Shown here: positions 28,667-41,398 of the stretch, piece after piece
How positions within the stretch are numbered: the stretch's first letter is position 1
How the letters are laid out: the number at the start of each line of letters is the position of its first letter
Assembly: GCA_016748015.1 (NCBI GenBank)
Contig: JAAOMT010000512.1
Span: 124,001 to 188,000, forward strand
Origin: Geosiphon pyriformis uo1
Taxonomy: Eukaryota; Fungi; Glomeromycota
DNA: 64,000 nucleotides
Reading direction: 5' to 3'
Program-made: the position numbers and the translations under genes
Notes under the pieces: model-generated
Database searches by the model: none
The model's input: the letters and a program-made list of their open reading frames with translations, nothing else
Told to the model about the DNA's origin: nothing

Positions 28667-28778
28667 AATTAATACATATTTTTTTATTATATTTAATAAG
28701 CAAGACTTAATTACTATTTAGAAATTAGAAACAAACTAAGTATTCTAGTATTAAATATAATTCACATGCTTTTTATAT
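28567..28778. repeat. Perfect 80-bp inverted repeat formed by the tail-to-tail 3' ends of copies 2 and 3
   Basis: 28567-28646 is the exact reverse complement of 28699-28778. Imperfect pairing extends outward and inward to a ~10-nt loop. Confidence 0.95.
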
Positions 28779-30947
28779 GTAATCAATTATTTAAGCCAAT
28801 TAAAACAATATTATATTAAAACAAAATAAACTGAAAATAAATCTAGTTCATAAATTCTTTCAATAATATTATTTAAATTTCTATAATCAAAGATAAACTT
28901 ACTAAAAAATAATCTAATTGGTTTTATATTATTATAAATTTTAGTATTTGACATATACTATAAAGTAATAATTTATTTAATAGTGTTTTTATTTAAAAAA
29001 AAGACTTAATAATTAATATTTTATTATAGTTTATTTTATCAAGATTAATTTTAGACTTAAAACATATGATATTTTTAGAAACACCAATTAAAAAATTAAA
29101 AAAATTATTAGTAGCATATTTTATAACAAGCAAATTTTTTTTATTTAAAAAGTCTTACCAATATGTTTATTCAAAAAAATAATAATCAGAGTAATTAAAA
29201 AACTAATAGACTTAATAACAAATTTTATTAGAACAACCAAACTTGAAATTTGAGTCTTTAAAAAATTCAATCTAGACTTAACAATAAAATTAACAACAAA
29301 AATAACCAGAAAAACAACAGAAAAGGAGCCAAAAAAGCAAAAACTTTAATATAAAACTTTTTATTAACAGAAAAAAACATAGAAGACCTGAAACTAACAA
29401 CAAACCTAAAAAACAATTTAGAAAAAAAATGAAAAAATCTTGTATTTAACAAACAAATAATCTAAACTTTGATATTTATAATAGTAACAACACTTAAAGA
29501 TTTTTTATCAAATACAATATTTGTGCAGAATACTAATTTTTGTTATAGCAAGCTCTAATATTTTACAAGACTCAAAAATAATAACAGCAAAGTATTAATA
29601 ATAATATAAATTAAAAAAAAAAGAAATAAAGCAAATATAACTGCTAATTTGAAAAATTTTATTACTAATTTCAAAAGCAATACAACCAAAAAAAAGATTA
29701 ACTAATTTGGTTTTAAAAAAATTTCTTAAAATAATAACTTCTTTTTGGTTAAGAAAAAAAAATCCAAATACTGTTTTTTTTATTAGTACAAACTAATTAT
29801 TAAGAGCAGTAGTAGCAAAAAAAGAGTTTTTAAAATTAATAACAATATATTATTACAAACCAGCAAACTTTAATTTAATAAAAATAATAATACCAAAAAT
29901 ATTAAAAGTATTTTTAATATTACAAAGTGCAATAGATATAAAAAAAAGAAAACCAAAAGTTATAACAAAAAATTTCACAACTTTAAGTATGATTAAAAAG
30001 AAAAAACCACTAATAAAAACTTTAATAACAGCAACCAAATAATTTTTAAAAACAAAATCTACAAAACAACTTAATATTGTCTTTGAAAACTGATTTAAAC
30101 TCAATAAAGCCAGACAACAAATAAAACAAGAAATTTATCAAAACCAATTTAATTTTAAAAATAATATTAAGCATTAAAATAAAGATTATTTACACAAAAA
30201 ATTTTTAATAACTAGGAATTATTTTCTAAAAATTACTAAAGACAATATTAAAAAACAGAAAAACAGAAGTTAATTTAGTTTCTATTTGATTAATCCAATT
30301 TTTAAATTAGATAATCTAATAAGTTGTTTTATTTTTAGGATTAGTAATAATTTGCTAAAAGACATTATATTTAATAATATAGTTAGTAATTAATTTTGGT
30401 TTATTTTAAAAGTCATATTATTATTGTTGTTGTTTATATTAAGAAAAAAACTGGTTGCTGTTAAAAAGATTTTATACAAATTTTATTTAAAACCACAAAA
30501 AAATTTGGTGTAACAATAACAAATATAAGTAATTGCTGCTGTTTTTTTGGCTTTTTTAATTATTTGTAAAGAAATAATAATAGTATTAATAGTAATAATA
30601 AAAAAAATCAACTTGTTAACTGGTTTGTTGTTAAATACTTTTAAGCTTTTGAAAAAAACAAAAACAATAATAAAACTGATTTAAGTGTATTTTTTAAAAA
30701 AAACTTTAACTGGAGAAAAACTATTAGTTAAAGATAAAAAAAATGCTTTAAAAACTATTAAAAACAGCTTTTTATTATTAATATTTAAAAAAAATGTAGG
30801 CAAAACATTTTGCTTAGCTGCTTTAACAATAAAAAGACTCTTTTTTGTTGAAACTTTATTAGTTACAATAAAAAAAATAATATTTAAAAGTTTTTTTACT
30901 CTTTATTTTAATTGTAATTATAAAAATAAAATAAAAAAGTTTTTTTT
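28680..30947 (-). mobile_element. ORF1-only non-autonomous retroposon, copy 3 (more degraded; 11-bp TSD)
   Basis: The antisense ORF 30685-30951 mirrors 26375-26641. TTAATACATAT occurs at 28669-28679 and 30948-30958. Poly-T on the + strand at the left end. Confidence 0.85.
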
Positions 30948-30999
30948 TTAATACATATAATTAACTATGATTAAATAATAATAAAAAATAAAACTATTA

Positions 31000-32700
31000 T
31001 CTATAATAATATAGTTAATTTGATTTTTTAAAAAAAAATTGAATTTTTATGTTTTTAACAAAATTTATATTGACAATTAATAAAAAACAACTGATTTTAA
31101 TACAAATTTAATTATTTTAACAATAATTTTTATTAGATTAAACAGATTTTATAACTTTAATTTTAATAAATTTAATTTAGATTTATATATTTTATTAATA
31201 ATAATATTAAATAAAATAAAATATTATAATTAAAGAAACAATAAACTTAATATAAAACATTAAATTAGCAAATTATTTTATAAAAAATTTAAAAAGTTAT
31301 AAAAACAGTTTTATATTTAAAAACCAAATAATTTACTTAAAATAGTGTTAATATTTAAAAGTTTTTTATAAAATACAGCTTTTTTAAAGATATTAATATT
31401 AATTAATATTAATATTAAAAACTTTTTAAATTTAAAAACAAAACAACTTATTTTTATTAATAATTAAATCTAAAAAACTAAAAAATAAAACAAGTTTAAT
31501 TAAAAATTTAAACAATTATATTTTTAATATTAAATTATGCATGTAAAAAAAAGTTTGATTTTAAATATATTATATAAAACAATTACTTTTTTTGATTAAA
31601 AAAAATTCTAATAATAATAATAATAATAATATTTTTTATCAAAATTAATTAACACTTTAAAAACGTTAAAAAATTTGAAATAAATAATAATATATTGCTA
31701 TAAATTAGCAAATTTTAACAAATCATAAAAGTATTTTTAATATTATTAGTAAAAATATTTAAATACAAATTTTATACAAAAAAGCTTTATATTATTATTT
31801 GTAATTAACTTTATATTAATAAAATAATGTATTAATTAAAATATAGTTTTAGATAAGTTAATATTATTATTAAAATTAAAATAAAGATTAATTTTAACAA
31901 TTAATAATTATTTTTTAAATACTATTAAAATTAACAATGCTTTTAAAAACAAAAAAGTTTTAGCTTTTATTTTAATAGATTAATTTTCAAAATTAAATAA
32001 TATAATAAAGTAATTAAATATAATTATATATTAAAATATAAATTGTTTTGTTTTTATAATTAACAATAATTTATTAAAATTATTTATATTAAATAATATA
32101 ATCAAATATTATTTAAAACTAATTCAACAGATATATTGCTATTTAAACTAAGAAAAACTCAGCATAAGAATAAATAATATAAGTAATATAATTAGTATTA
32201 ATAATATAAAATTATTAAAAATATTAGAAAAACAGAAAAAACCAATGTTTTACTTTTAAAAAAAGAAACAGACTTTAAAAAAATATTATTCTTTAATTAA
32301 TATTTATATTTAAATATTTGTTTAAACAACTAAATTTTATACTATATAAGTTTTAATATTGTTGTAATTTTAAAAAAAGTTATATATTTATTATTGCTAA
32401 ATTATTTTCAAATTTTTGCATTTGAGTGTTGTTACGATCTGTATCTTTTTTAACTAATATATATCATAAAAATCTGATTTATTGATTTTAATTCAAAATA
32501 CAAATAATTAAATTTAATTAGTTATTTATTAGTGTGTATTTAAAAACAAACATTGTTTTTAACTTAACACAAATAACATAATATTATGCATTTTTAACAT
32601 TAATTTTTGGTTTAATGTTTTACAATATTACTTAATACAAGCTTAATTAAAATAAGTCGGTTTGTTATTTTGTTATTATAATTATTTAAGTTACAAATAG
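31000..32700. mobile_element. Extremely AT-rich degraded TE relics (probably LINE RT, - strand)
   Basis: Almost no G or C. The minus strand near 31700-31760 resembles the degraded RT segment F..L.W..FYD.L. Confidence 0.4.
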
Positions 32701-33558
32701 ATTATACTTTGGTTAAATTAAATTATTGAAACTAATATTAAAATTTAAAACAAATAAAGCATATTAACATCACGCTACACATTGTAATTTCCATTTTGAT
32801 TAGTGAAACCAATAAGACTATTGTCTTGATCCCAGGATTTCAGAAAACAGACGGTTAGCCTGTTTTTTTTACTAGGATTTTCGTTTTGCTTTGAATTCCA
32901 ACGTGATTAATCGTGTTTGTCGACTGGCCCAAATTCGGGTCTTTGTAAGGAGTTAAATAAAAATTTGGAGGGCTAGAAATATGAAATGAATAATTTAATA
33001 ATATCCAATTTGCTTTGTTGAATATTGATTGGTGAAAGTTGTAGAATTCTCGAGCCCTTAATGCCTGATTAAAATCGATTATTTTATGGTGTATATTTTT
33101 TCAGTTCGCAAATGAGGCTGTAAAAAAAATGATTGGAGGTTAAGGATCGGGGAGATAGAATAAAAATTACACACCTGATAGACTTTCCAACTATAGACCA
33201 ATATTTTGTCAAATAGCAAACAATTGTTCCTGATGAATCTAATTGAGAATCAACACTATTGTCCTATAATTACAAACAGGAACTATCCCAAAATAAGAGT
33301 TTTTAATGTTGAAAACTAGGTCCACATTCTACCTCTGCCTTGTTTTCTTGGAATGAGTCACCCAGATTTTATGATGAATGCCAAAGTCTTCCCGGATTTG
33401 ATGTATATTTTTCCTGTAAAGACTTCTCAATCAAACCAAAATATGTTTTACATAGTCGGATTATAATCAAAGACATGAATTCGCAAAAGATTTTTTTAAC
33501 CAAACCAAACAATTGAGCCTAAAGACAAAGGCTCGGGTTTTGGTTAACTCTATTCTCT

Positions 33559-36500
33559 TCAGAATCCGGCAGCCCCTCGCGCAATCCTTTCTAGAAGAGA
33601 TGGAGACAACCAATCGGTTGGAATAATCTCTAATATCTGAATACAAAATGATTTATAAGTATCTGATCCATATTGTTAGACCATAATATTTTAATACCTT
33701 TCGAAATTTGATAGTATCCGATGGCCCTCTGTAAAGAACTGGTAACAGGCATCGATCGACGAGGTGATCAACAATTAATGGTCGAAGATTTTCCGGGGAC
33801 ACATGAGATTTCCACAAAAGGAGATTTCCCAGAAGCTAAAATGCAAAGGCTTTGAAGATGAAAAAAATGAAAGATATACTTAATTACCTAGTTCAATAGA
33901 TTACCGTAAAATTTCTCCAAAAATACCGCTCTCTTGCTCTCATAACTAACGTTTCGGATTCATCAAATTTGGGCCACTCTACAGTTGGTTTATTGTATTT
34001 TATTGAGCTCACAATACTTATTAATCGATTTGTAAAGGCCCAAATTAAATCCTATCAATCAAATATCCAAATCAATTTTGTAAACGATAAATAAAGGAGA
34101 ATCTGGAGAGAATTTTTAAAATTTACTTTAAATTTCTGCGAACTATTACCAAGTTGACGTAGAACTTGGTCAATCAGTTCCACGGTTGCTTCGTTTTGGG
34201 TTTTTGAGTATGGGTTAAAAGTATTCACCATTAAGGTGAGTTTGGGAAGTATAACTTTGTCAACTATCTTCTCCAACAGGCGGATATCGTCATCTTGATA
34301 ATCAATCTCGTGAATATTTGAAACACCATATTCTGAAAGAATGTCATACCAACGCATCGCCGAAAATTGGGTGTTGGTCTATTTCGTTGTAAATACATGT
34401 TAAACAAGTCTTTAAAAGTTTAGTGAGAAAAAACATCCTTTTCCGTGCCTTGAATGGTTCCCACATTAGGAGCTGATGCCTGATATAAAACTCGAAAACA
34501 CCAGGCAGGCTCAAGCTACCATAGGCTTGAGCATAATCTTCGCGAAATTCGGTTTTAAAAGCTTCAAATTTAGACTTGACAATTGAAATCGATCGAAACT
34601 CATCGTCAACGTCATTAAAGATCTTAGCATATTGTTGCGCGATAATTTCTGTGTATGAAAAATTCAATATCACTTTGGCTTGTTTTGTTAGAATTGAGGA
34701 ATAATTATCGTAACGTACCAACTTTTGTTGATAATTCTATTTGATCTGCTTCTTCAAGTTCATCATCTGTAGAGAGGCCTTCCTCTAGAAGTTCCTCTCG
34801 CTTGAGATTTTTTACACGGTTTGTTCGCCTGAATTCCCTTTGTTGTTGTCGGGTCTTTCGAAGTAGATTTTCTGTCCCAGCAACATCTGAGAGGGACCCA
34901 ATCGATTAATTTGGGAAGTAAGCTAATTTTGATTTTAGGTAAATAAACACCGACTTGTTCCAAAAATGAGCGCCATATCATCAGAGTCATCTTCAAAGCG
35001 TCGATATATGACCTTTTCTGTAACATTGGACAGAATAATCAAATATTCAGCCTCTAGTTTTTCCAAATCGGGAAACTAAAAGGCAAATTTCAGTCAACAA
35101 AAGTACTAAATTAAGGAGAATTTCAAAAAATAACCGATTTTCTTACTTTAGCGTCTAGGAATTCGACCAAATTTTCAAGAAAAGTTTTGAGCTCTTGAAA
35201 GTATTTATATCGATTTTTGGTTCTCTGGATATCAATTTCAAGTCGAGCATTTATTGTTTCCAAATTTTGTTTATCTTTTTTGATTTGTAACAATTCTGAT
35301 TGATGGTTTTTGTAAACATCTTGCAAATCTATCAGCTGGTCAGAAAGTCGGGATTCAACTTCGGCTAATGTTGGTATCGGAATATTTGTTGGTACTGAGA
35401 TAATTAAAAAAATTTTAGCGTTTATTTAATAATGATATAAATAAAAAAATGAAGAACTTACTGGCGGCTGGGATTAATGCTTCTCGTTTTTTGGGTGGTT
35501 TTGGGGAAACGATAGAAGATAAATTGGCCCCTTTTTTAATGGCTTCAATCTCCCATTGAAGTAACTCTTCGTCGTCTGATCCTTGAATATCACTATTGAA
35601 AAAAATCAATTTGAAAAAACATTCCCAAATAAAAAGCTTCGAAGATTTATCGTGAAATAGGGCATTACGCGTCAACGATCATTTGTTTCATCCCAGCTTT
35701 TTTTACGCGTTGTTGTTCTTTTCTCGCCTTTTTCCCCAATGCCAACCTTTCATCCAAATATTGTTCAAGCTCTAATGTATAACTTGTTAATAGATGTCAT
35801 ATAATTTTAGAACTTATGAATATTCTTCTACCTTCATCAGCATCACCAATTTCATCCTCTTCACGCACTAATCTTGACTCGATATGCTTGCCCGATGAAG
35901 GTATTACCTAAAAAAGTTAGAGGGGTTTATTTTATATATATCAATAAAAATATTTATATATGCCCCATATAATTTTATATTTACATCAGTCTCTTCCGAT
36001 AAGGATATGTATTCTGGTCTAGCATTACCCTGTTGACGTAACATTTCCCTCTGTTTTTTAGCGGCATGAATTGCATTCACGTCAGGTATTACTGAGGTGA
36101 AGCTTGCTAAATGAATGAAGCAAGATCAGAGTTCACGCTTATGAGAAAAAGAAAATAATTTTAAAACTCATATACTTTGCCTCTTGGCTCTTGAGAATCA
36201 AAAGGGGGAGCTGAAGGTGTACCGGCTCGCAATTCTGAAAGTATCTCTTTAGTGTATGAGGGAGATATTGAGGCTTGATCTAAATTTTGAGGAATTGATT
36301 CACTGAAGAAGATTTGCTCGATAATTAGCAATGAACTAAAATAAGATTTTAGGCAAATATGGACTCAACTGATTGAGATATATTGTTTTTGACTTTTTCT
36401 GAGTAATCTTACGACTTGCTGCACTTTTGGTAACCTTAAAGGCTTCAGCTTCTTCTTCCTAGGTAGAAAAAAAATGTCTAAAAATGACTCGGAAAAGCCA

Positions 36501-36796
36501 AGGGCTGTTTTGGGAAATTGAAATTCCAGGAAGTATGGGACTACCTCATTTCCAAAACTGAGAGCAAATTTAGCGTTGGTCTTGACTTTTTTCTTGATAA
36601 GTTTATTTGACTCTAGTTTTGAGAAAATCAAGCTCTCTTCTTCTGGATCTATTTAGAAGTAAGAGGTTTATCAAGAATTGTTGTATCTTAATCCAAAACC
36701 AGTTGCGTAAAACATGCCTTGAGATGTTTCTGTAATGTCGCCTGCCGACTCCTTTTTGCGGATGTTTCTAGTTTTTAATTTTTTCACTTGATTCAT
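33559..36796 (-). CDS. GCFC2/PAXBP1/Ntr2-like spliceosome-disassembly factor (GCFC domain), ~13 exons
   Basis: ATG at 36796 (MNQVKKLKTRNIRKK), stop at 33559 (RGAAGF*). Motifs: IPDVNAIHAAKKQRE, LVREEDEIGD, WEIEAIKKG, YFQELKTFLENLVEFLDAKFPDLE, EGLSTDDE, IFNDVDDEFRSI...DYAQAYGSLSLP..FEFYIRHQLLMWEP, IVDKVILPKL. A few exon junctions are uncertain. Confidence 0.88.
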
Positions 36797-36991
36797 AGGT
36801 ATAAATTTTAGAAATTAACCTTTCCTATTACTATAAAATTTTCAATGACCTGATCTTTGCTAATTGCCCATTTGCCATATCAAGTAAGGGAGCTCAACTA
36901 TATTTGCCTTCCCAAAACTTTTTGATTTATTAGGGCTGTATTCTATTGAGGGCTAGCCTCTTGTATATTTGTCTTTTAGTTTTTTATCGCT
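36797..36991. promoter_or_regulatory. Compact bidirectional promoter / 5' UTR region
   Basis: Only 195 bp separate the divergent ATGs at 36796 (-) and 36992 (+). Confidence 0.6.
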
Positions 36992-38690
36992 ATGGGTTCT
37001 TTGAACGGAGATATTCAGGACCTGATCTTGGAAATGCTCTTTGAAGATCCCTATGCACGTTTCACTTTGCATTCGTGTTTGTTCTTAAATCGTGAGGTAT
37101 TAATTTTTCAACCCAAAATATGATTGACCTAAATCAATTTTAATATTTTTTGCCGTTTTATCTCGAACGTGCATCAAAAATCAATAGTTCCATGTAATTG
37201 CTGTTAAATATTTGTACAAAGATCCATGGACTTACCTCCGAGGAGCAGATTCGCCAATTCGTGCTTCTAAATTGATAACGACATATTTACACTGTTTGCA
37301 AACGAGTACTAATGTTGACAAAAATTCTGGTGAACCATCATCCAAAAAGCTTCATTTAAATATTGTCGAAGAACATCGCGGCAATCAAAGTGATACTTCA
37401 TTAGTCGATGGAGATACTCGGACTATTCCAACATGGGATTATGTTGAGATAACGAGAAATCTCCACATTCCAGCTTTGTATGAATGTGTTGTTCATTGGC
37501 GTCATACATCTGTGGACGAAGAGAATGAAACTGAGGATGAAGAAATTTACATCAACAGGACATTTTTTAATATTTTCAGAGCATTCATTCAAAAAGCTAA
37601 ATTGCAGGAATGCACTTTTGCAGATTCGATGGAAAAACCTTATCCACCTCCTACCACAGTTGCCCATCTCAACGAACTCGCTATAGGGCTACATGCTCGC
37701 AATATTAAATTAGAGTATTTAAATTTGGGATATTTCAAGTGCAATGATGAAGCCCTCGGTTGCTTGACTGGGAAAATAACTCATCTTAAAACTTTTAAAG
37801 TGAAAGCTCAGCATTGCAGTGATGAGGCTCTAGCAGAATTCATTCGCTCGCAGCAAGCACTTGTCAAATTAAAAATCCGGAATGGAAAAAATATTCATCG
37901 TACGATTTCTGCCCTCGGCAGTCTAAGTAAAACTCTCGTAAAATTGCGCATATTGGGTTGTAATTTAGAATCTTGTTCGGAACCATTTCAAGGGATTGCT
38001 GATTGTACCAAGCTCCGATCTCTTTATATGACCTCTGTCAAATTTCAACCTAATGTACCTCTGGCAAATTTTCTAATGCCCATCGCTGAAAATTGTATCT
38101 TTCATAATATTGATTTTAGTAAGACTGTTCTTCCAGATATAGTTTTGGCCGAGATCGCCAAAAATTCTGGATCGACCCTAATTAAAGTTATTGGAGGACG
38201 TCCTGATAATGGAACCCAAGAAAACTGTGCATTGGGTATTTCGGCATTAGGGATTTACGCGAGTAATTTGAAGTATTTTGAACGTAATATCCTTCCCAGC
38301 GAAGTCGAAGCTATGATTGGTCTTCTAGATTCAGTCGGTCACTCTTTAAATCGGTTAGACATTGGATCTATTGATCTAGCCTCAATAGATACTTCTGATT
38401 TGATATGCGCGATTGGTAGAAATTGCCGGGAATTGACCATATTGGATATATCATTTTACAATTTCTCGGAGGACTCGTTTGAACAGATAATAACTGGATG
38501 CACCAAATTACAAGATTTGACTTTTTTTAGCAATCCTAGTATAAACTATGATTTACTGGTCAGGCTTGCCAAAGGATCACAAGGGCCTTTGCAAACACTG
38601 AAGATTGCAGAATGTCACAATATAAATTTTGAAGAAATCAAACTTTTAGAGGAACTCGTAGAAGATGTGGAGTCGGATCTTTTAGAATAA
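36992..38690 (+). CDS. F-box / RNI-like leucine-rich repeat protein, 2 exons, ~535 aa
   Basis: Exons 36992-37096 and 37188-38690 join in frame (GT-AG). F-box-like start LNGDIQDLILEML...LHSCLFLNREFHVIAVKYLYKDPW. LRR units include LEYLNL, LVKLKI, CTKLRSLYM, CRELTILDIS and CTKLQDLTF. Confidence 0.85.
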
Positions 38691-39026
38691 ATTTATAGCT
38701 GCTTTCATTTTTCACTGGTGACACGATGTGGGAGGCGATTGAATGGAAAGCAAAAATTGTCGTTGTTTATAGTACTACTTTTACAATTTTGAACATTAAT
38801 ATTTTCTCTTGAATTTTCTATTTTATTGGCGCACTAAACGCTTCTTTGAAAATTTTGTATATCATTTGAACAAAGTACTCTAGTTGATATTTGAGACGAT
38901 CAAATATTTATAATGTAAATTTTACAGTGACAGAAGAAAAATTTTGTTATACCTGACCATATTAAACTCTTGTAGATATAGCCTTCAAGAATCATTGATT
39001 GAAATTCACACTCTTTTCATAGGAAA

Positions 39027-40804
39027 TTATTTACAATCCCCATCAAAAACTTGTCTCACGTTAATATTAATGCGAGTAGTTTTCATATATTCACCAAAAA
39101 TGCACCACCCTTTTTCCTCTATTTTTGGATAATTCTTTGAGGTATCATCAATGAATGAATAATTAGGGCTTAGATAGGGTGGTAGGGTTCCTTCAAGAAT
39201 ACGTGGAACACCTGTTTTGAACGTATTTTTTTACATGAATAAAAATATAAATCTAGATTAATCCTTGAACTTGATGAAATGAGACAATCATTTAGGAAGT
39301 CGCTACAACTGCTTCTAAAACTGGAAAGTTTGGAACCAGTTGCGATACATCTCTAAATAATGATCGGGGGAAGGAGAAAAAAATACCATGAAAATAACCA
39401 CGCGACGGCGGACACATCACCAAGATATCCCCACTTCGTAGATATATTGCTTTTGGAGGATGATCACGTGTTGGACCGCCCATTAGGAAAATGCATGCGT
39501 GTCCAAAACTGTTTTGATTAGAAAATAAAAAAATTTTCCAAATTATAATAATAATAATTCATCAGAAAGTATCAATTTAAATCCTTGCCTAATCGAAACT
39601 AAAGGGGCTCTAGTATTAATTTCACTTCGATCCACATGTGCCATCAGATTATCACGTAACTGATAATAGTTTACAACCCCTGCCTCAGGTCTCCATTTTT
39701 CTATCGGATACTGATTTACATAACTTATGTCTGGTAATCTAATACCATTGATTGCTTTTACCACTGCAGTTGTGAGATCTCCAATGTCTGTTGGAAACGG
39801 GTGCCGACGATCGAAATGATAAGTTTTTGTCGGCCAATGGTATTGATAGCCCAATGTAGTCCAACGTAGTTTGCGGAGTAATTGTGATGGTCGCAGGAGT
39901 GGTACATTGACTGAAGGTGGTGGATCGGGTTTTGATTTCGATAATAAATTCGGGGTGAATGAATTTTCTTGAGTTGTAAATTCATTTGATGTTTTAAAAG
40001 TTAATTCACTTGATTGTTTCTTGGGAATATCTACTAAAACCTCACTTAGATCAGCTGTATTTTTTTCCTTTTCCCCACTAATATCAACTGGATGGTCATC
40101 AAATTTTGCTTTAGATTTCGTAATAGTGGCTTTCAGAGGAATGAAACATTTTTGATCATCTTCTGGTAGTTCTCCACTTATAATACGCTGATGAAGATTC
40201 CAAAGTCCATCTTTAGGTAGTGCATAATGTGTTTCCAGATTATTGAGGTTTGGAAACTTGGCAAAATCTTTCATGCAACGTTTTATCAAGCGTCTTTGTG
40301 CTTGCGGAGTGAATGGGTTACGTATAAATATGAAGCCTAAAAAACTTAATTAATCTTGAGTATAATTGAATGAATATATAAGAAGAATTGACTTGGAGAA
40401 TTACCGGGAACATCTTTAATCATAAACCCCGTTTTTCTATTTTTTCTAATTTGGTTCTTCAATCCTTCATCATAGTTGGGAAAAGTTTCACAGCTTTCTC
40501 TCTCCCCGTCATTCTTTCTGATCTCATCAAAAGCAAAACCAGCACATTCACCCAAATCACACCGTAATTCAAATTTTATAATTTCTTTTTCATTCTTTTC
40601 CTGATCATAATTATTATATCTTTCATCATCTTGATTAAGTCGATCAAAATCAATCACCCGGCTAAAATCCGGTTCTGGTAGTCTAGACTTGAAATTTCTT
40701 TCGGCATCTCGAAAAGCACTTTGGGTCGTAAATTGCGTACTGTTAGATTTTTGTGCGGTGGATTGCCGATATGCAATTTTTTGTTGACGATTGGAGGTGT
40801 ACAT
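39027..40804 (-). CDS. ALKBH1: AlkB homolog 1-like 2OG-Fe(II) dioxygenase, 4 exons
   Basis: Exons 40804-40405, 40336-39589, 39508-39387 and 39211-39027. Motifs: LRWTTLGYQYHW, PEAGVVNYY, HVD (HxD), PLVSISFG, LRSGDILVM, FHGVPRI, RININVRQV. Confidence 0.9.
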
Positions 40805-41398
40805 TTTAAAAGTTTTGGAACCTTACGATTTAAACAGATCATTTAGTGCAAATGTTTATCTTATCAGTTGTAATCATTAAGCAATATCAAATATCGGCAC
40901 TTTACATGGCATTCTTCTCAATTTGGCAACCTTTAATTGTTATTACAATTTTAAGTTTATTTGTTTATTTTTTGATTTGTTGTTTTAAATAAAGTTAATA
41001 ATTTGTTTTATTATAAAACTTTTAATAATAAATATTAAAATAATTAAAATATTAAAAATAATTAAAAATAACATTTTAATAAATTGCAATTTTAAATTAT
41101 ATAAACTGGAATAGGTATTGGAAGGACCACATTTTGTTAAAAAAAAAATATATATTTAATTTTAAGTAGATTTTATATTAATATTTATGTTAAAGACATA
41201 AATATAGGTTTTGAAATTGCAATAAATAATTTTTATTTTGTTTGTTTTAAAAGAGTTTTATTATAACTATTCATTTAGAATGAATTTGAATAGCTGATTC
41301 CTTATTTTAGCATACACATCAATCAATTTTGGTTAACGATTTTAATTACCATTTTACCACTCCCTATTCAATTTTATCCTTTATTCTCTACCCACACC

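Noticed and set aside
2368-30958. Shared AATACAT in two TSDs as a sequence-specific target
   Set aside because: Only two cases in very AT-rich DNA, and the copy-2 TSD variant AACACA suggests the second site was altered by C-to-T decay.
33700-33840. Apparent frameshift in a late GCFC exon
   Set aside because: Re-reading gives an intact frame (LLGNLLLWKSHVSPENLRPLIV).
39027-40804. Functional link between ALKBH1 and the adjacent hypermutated TEs
   Set aside because: It is an ordinary conserved gene, and adjacency alone is not evidence in a eukaryote.
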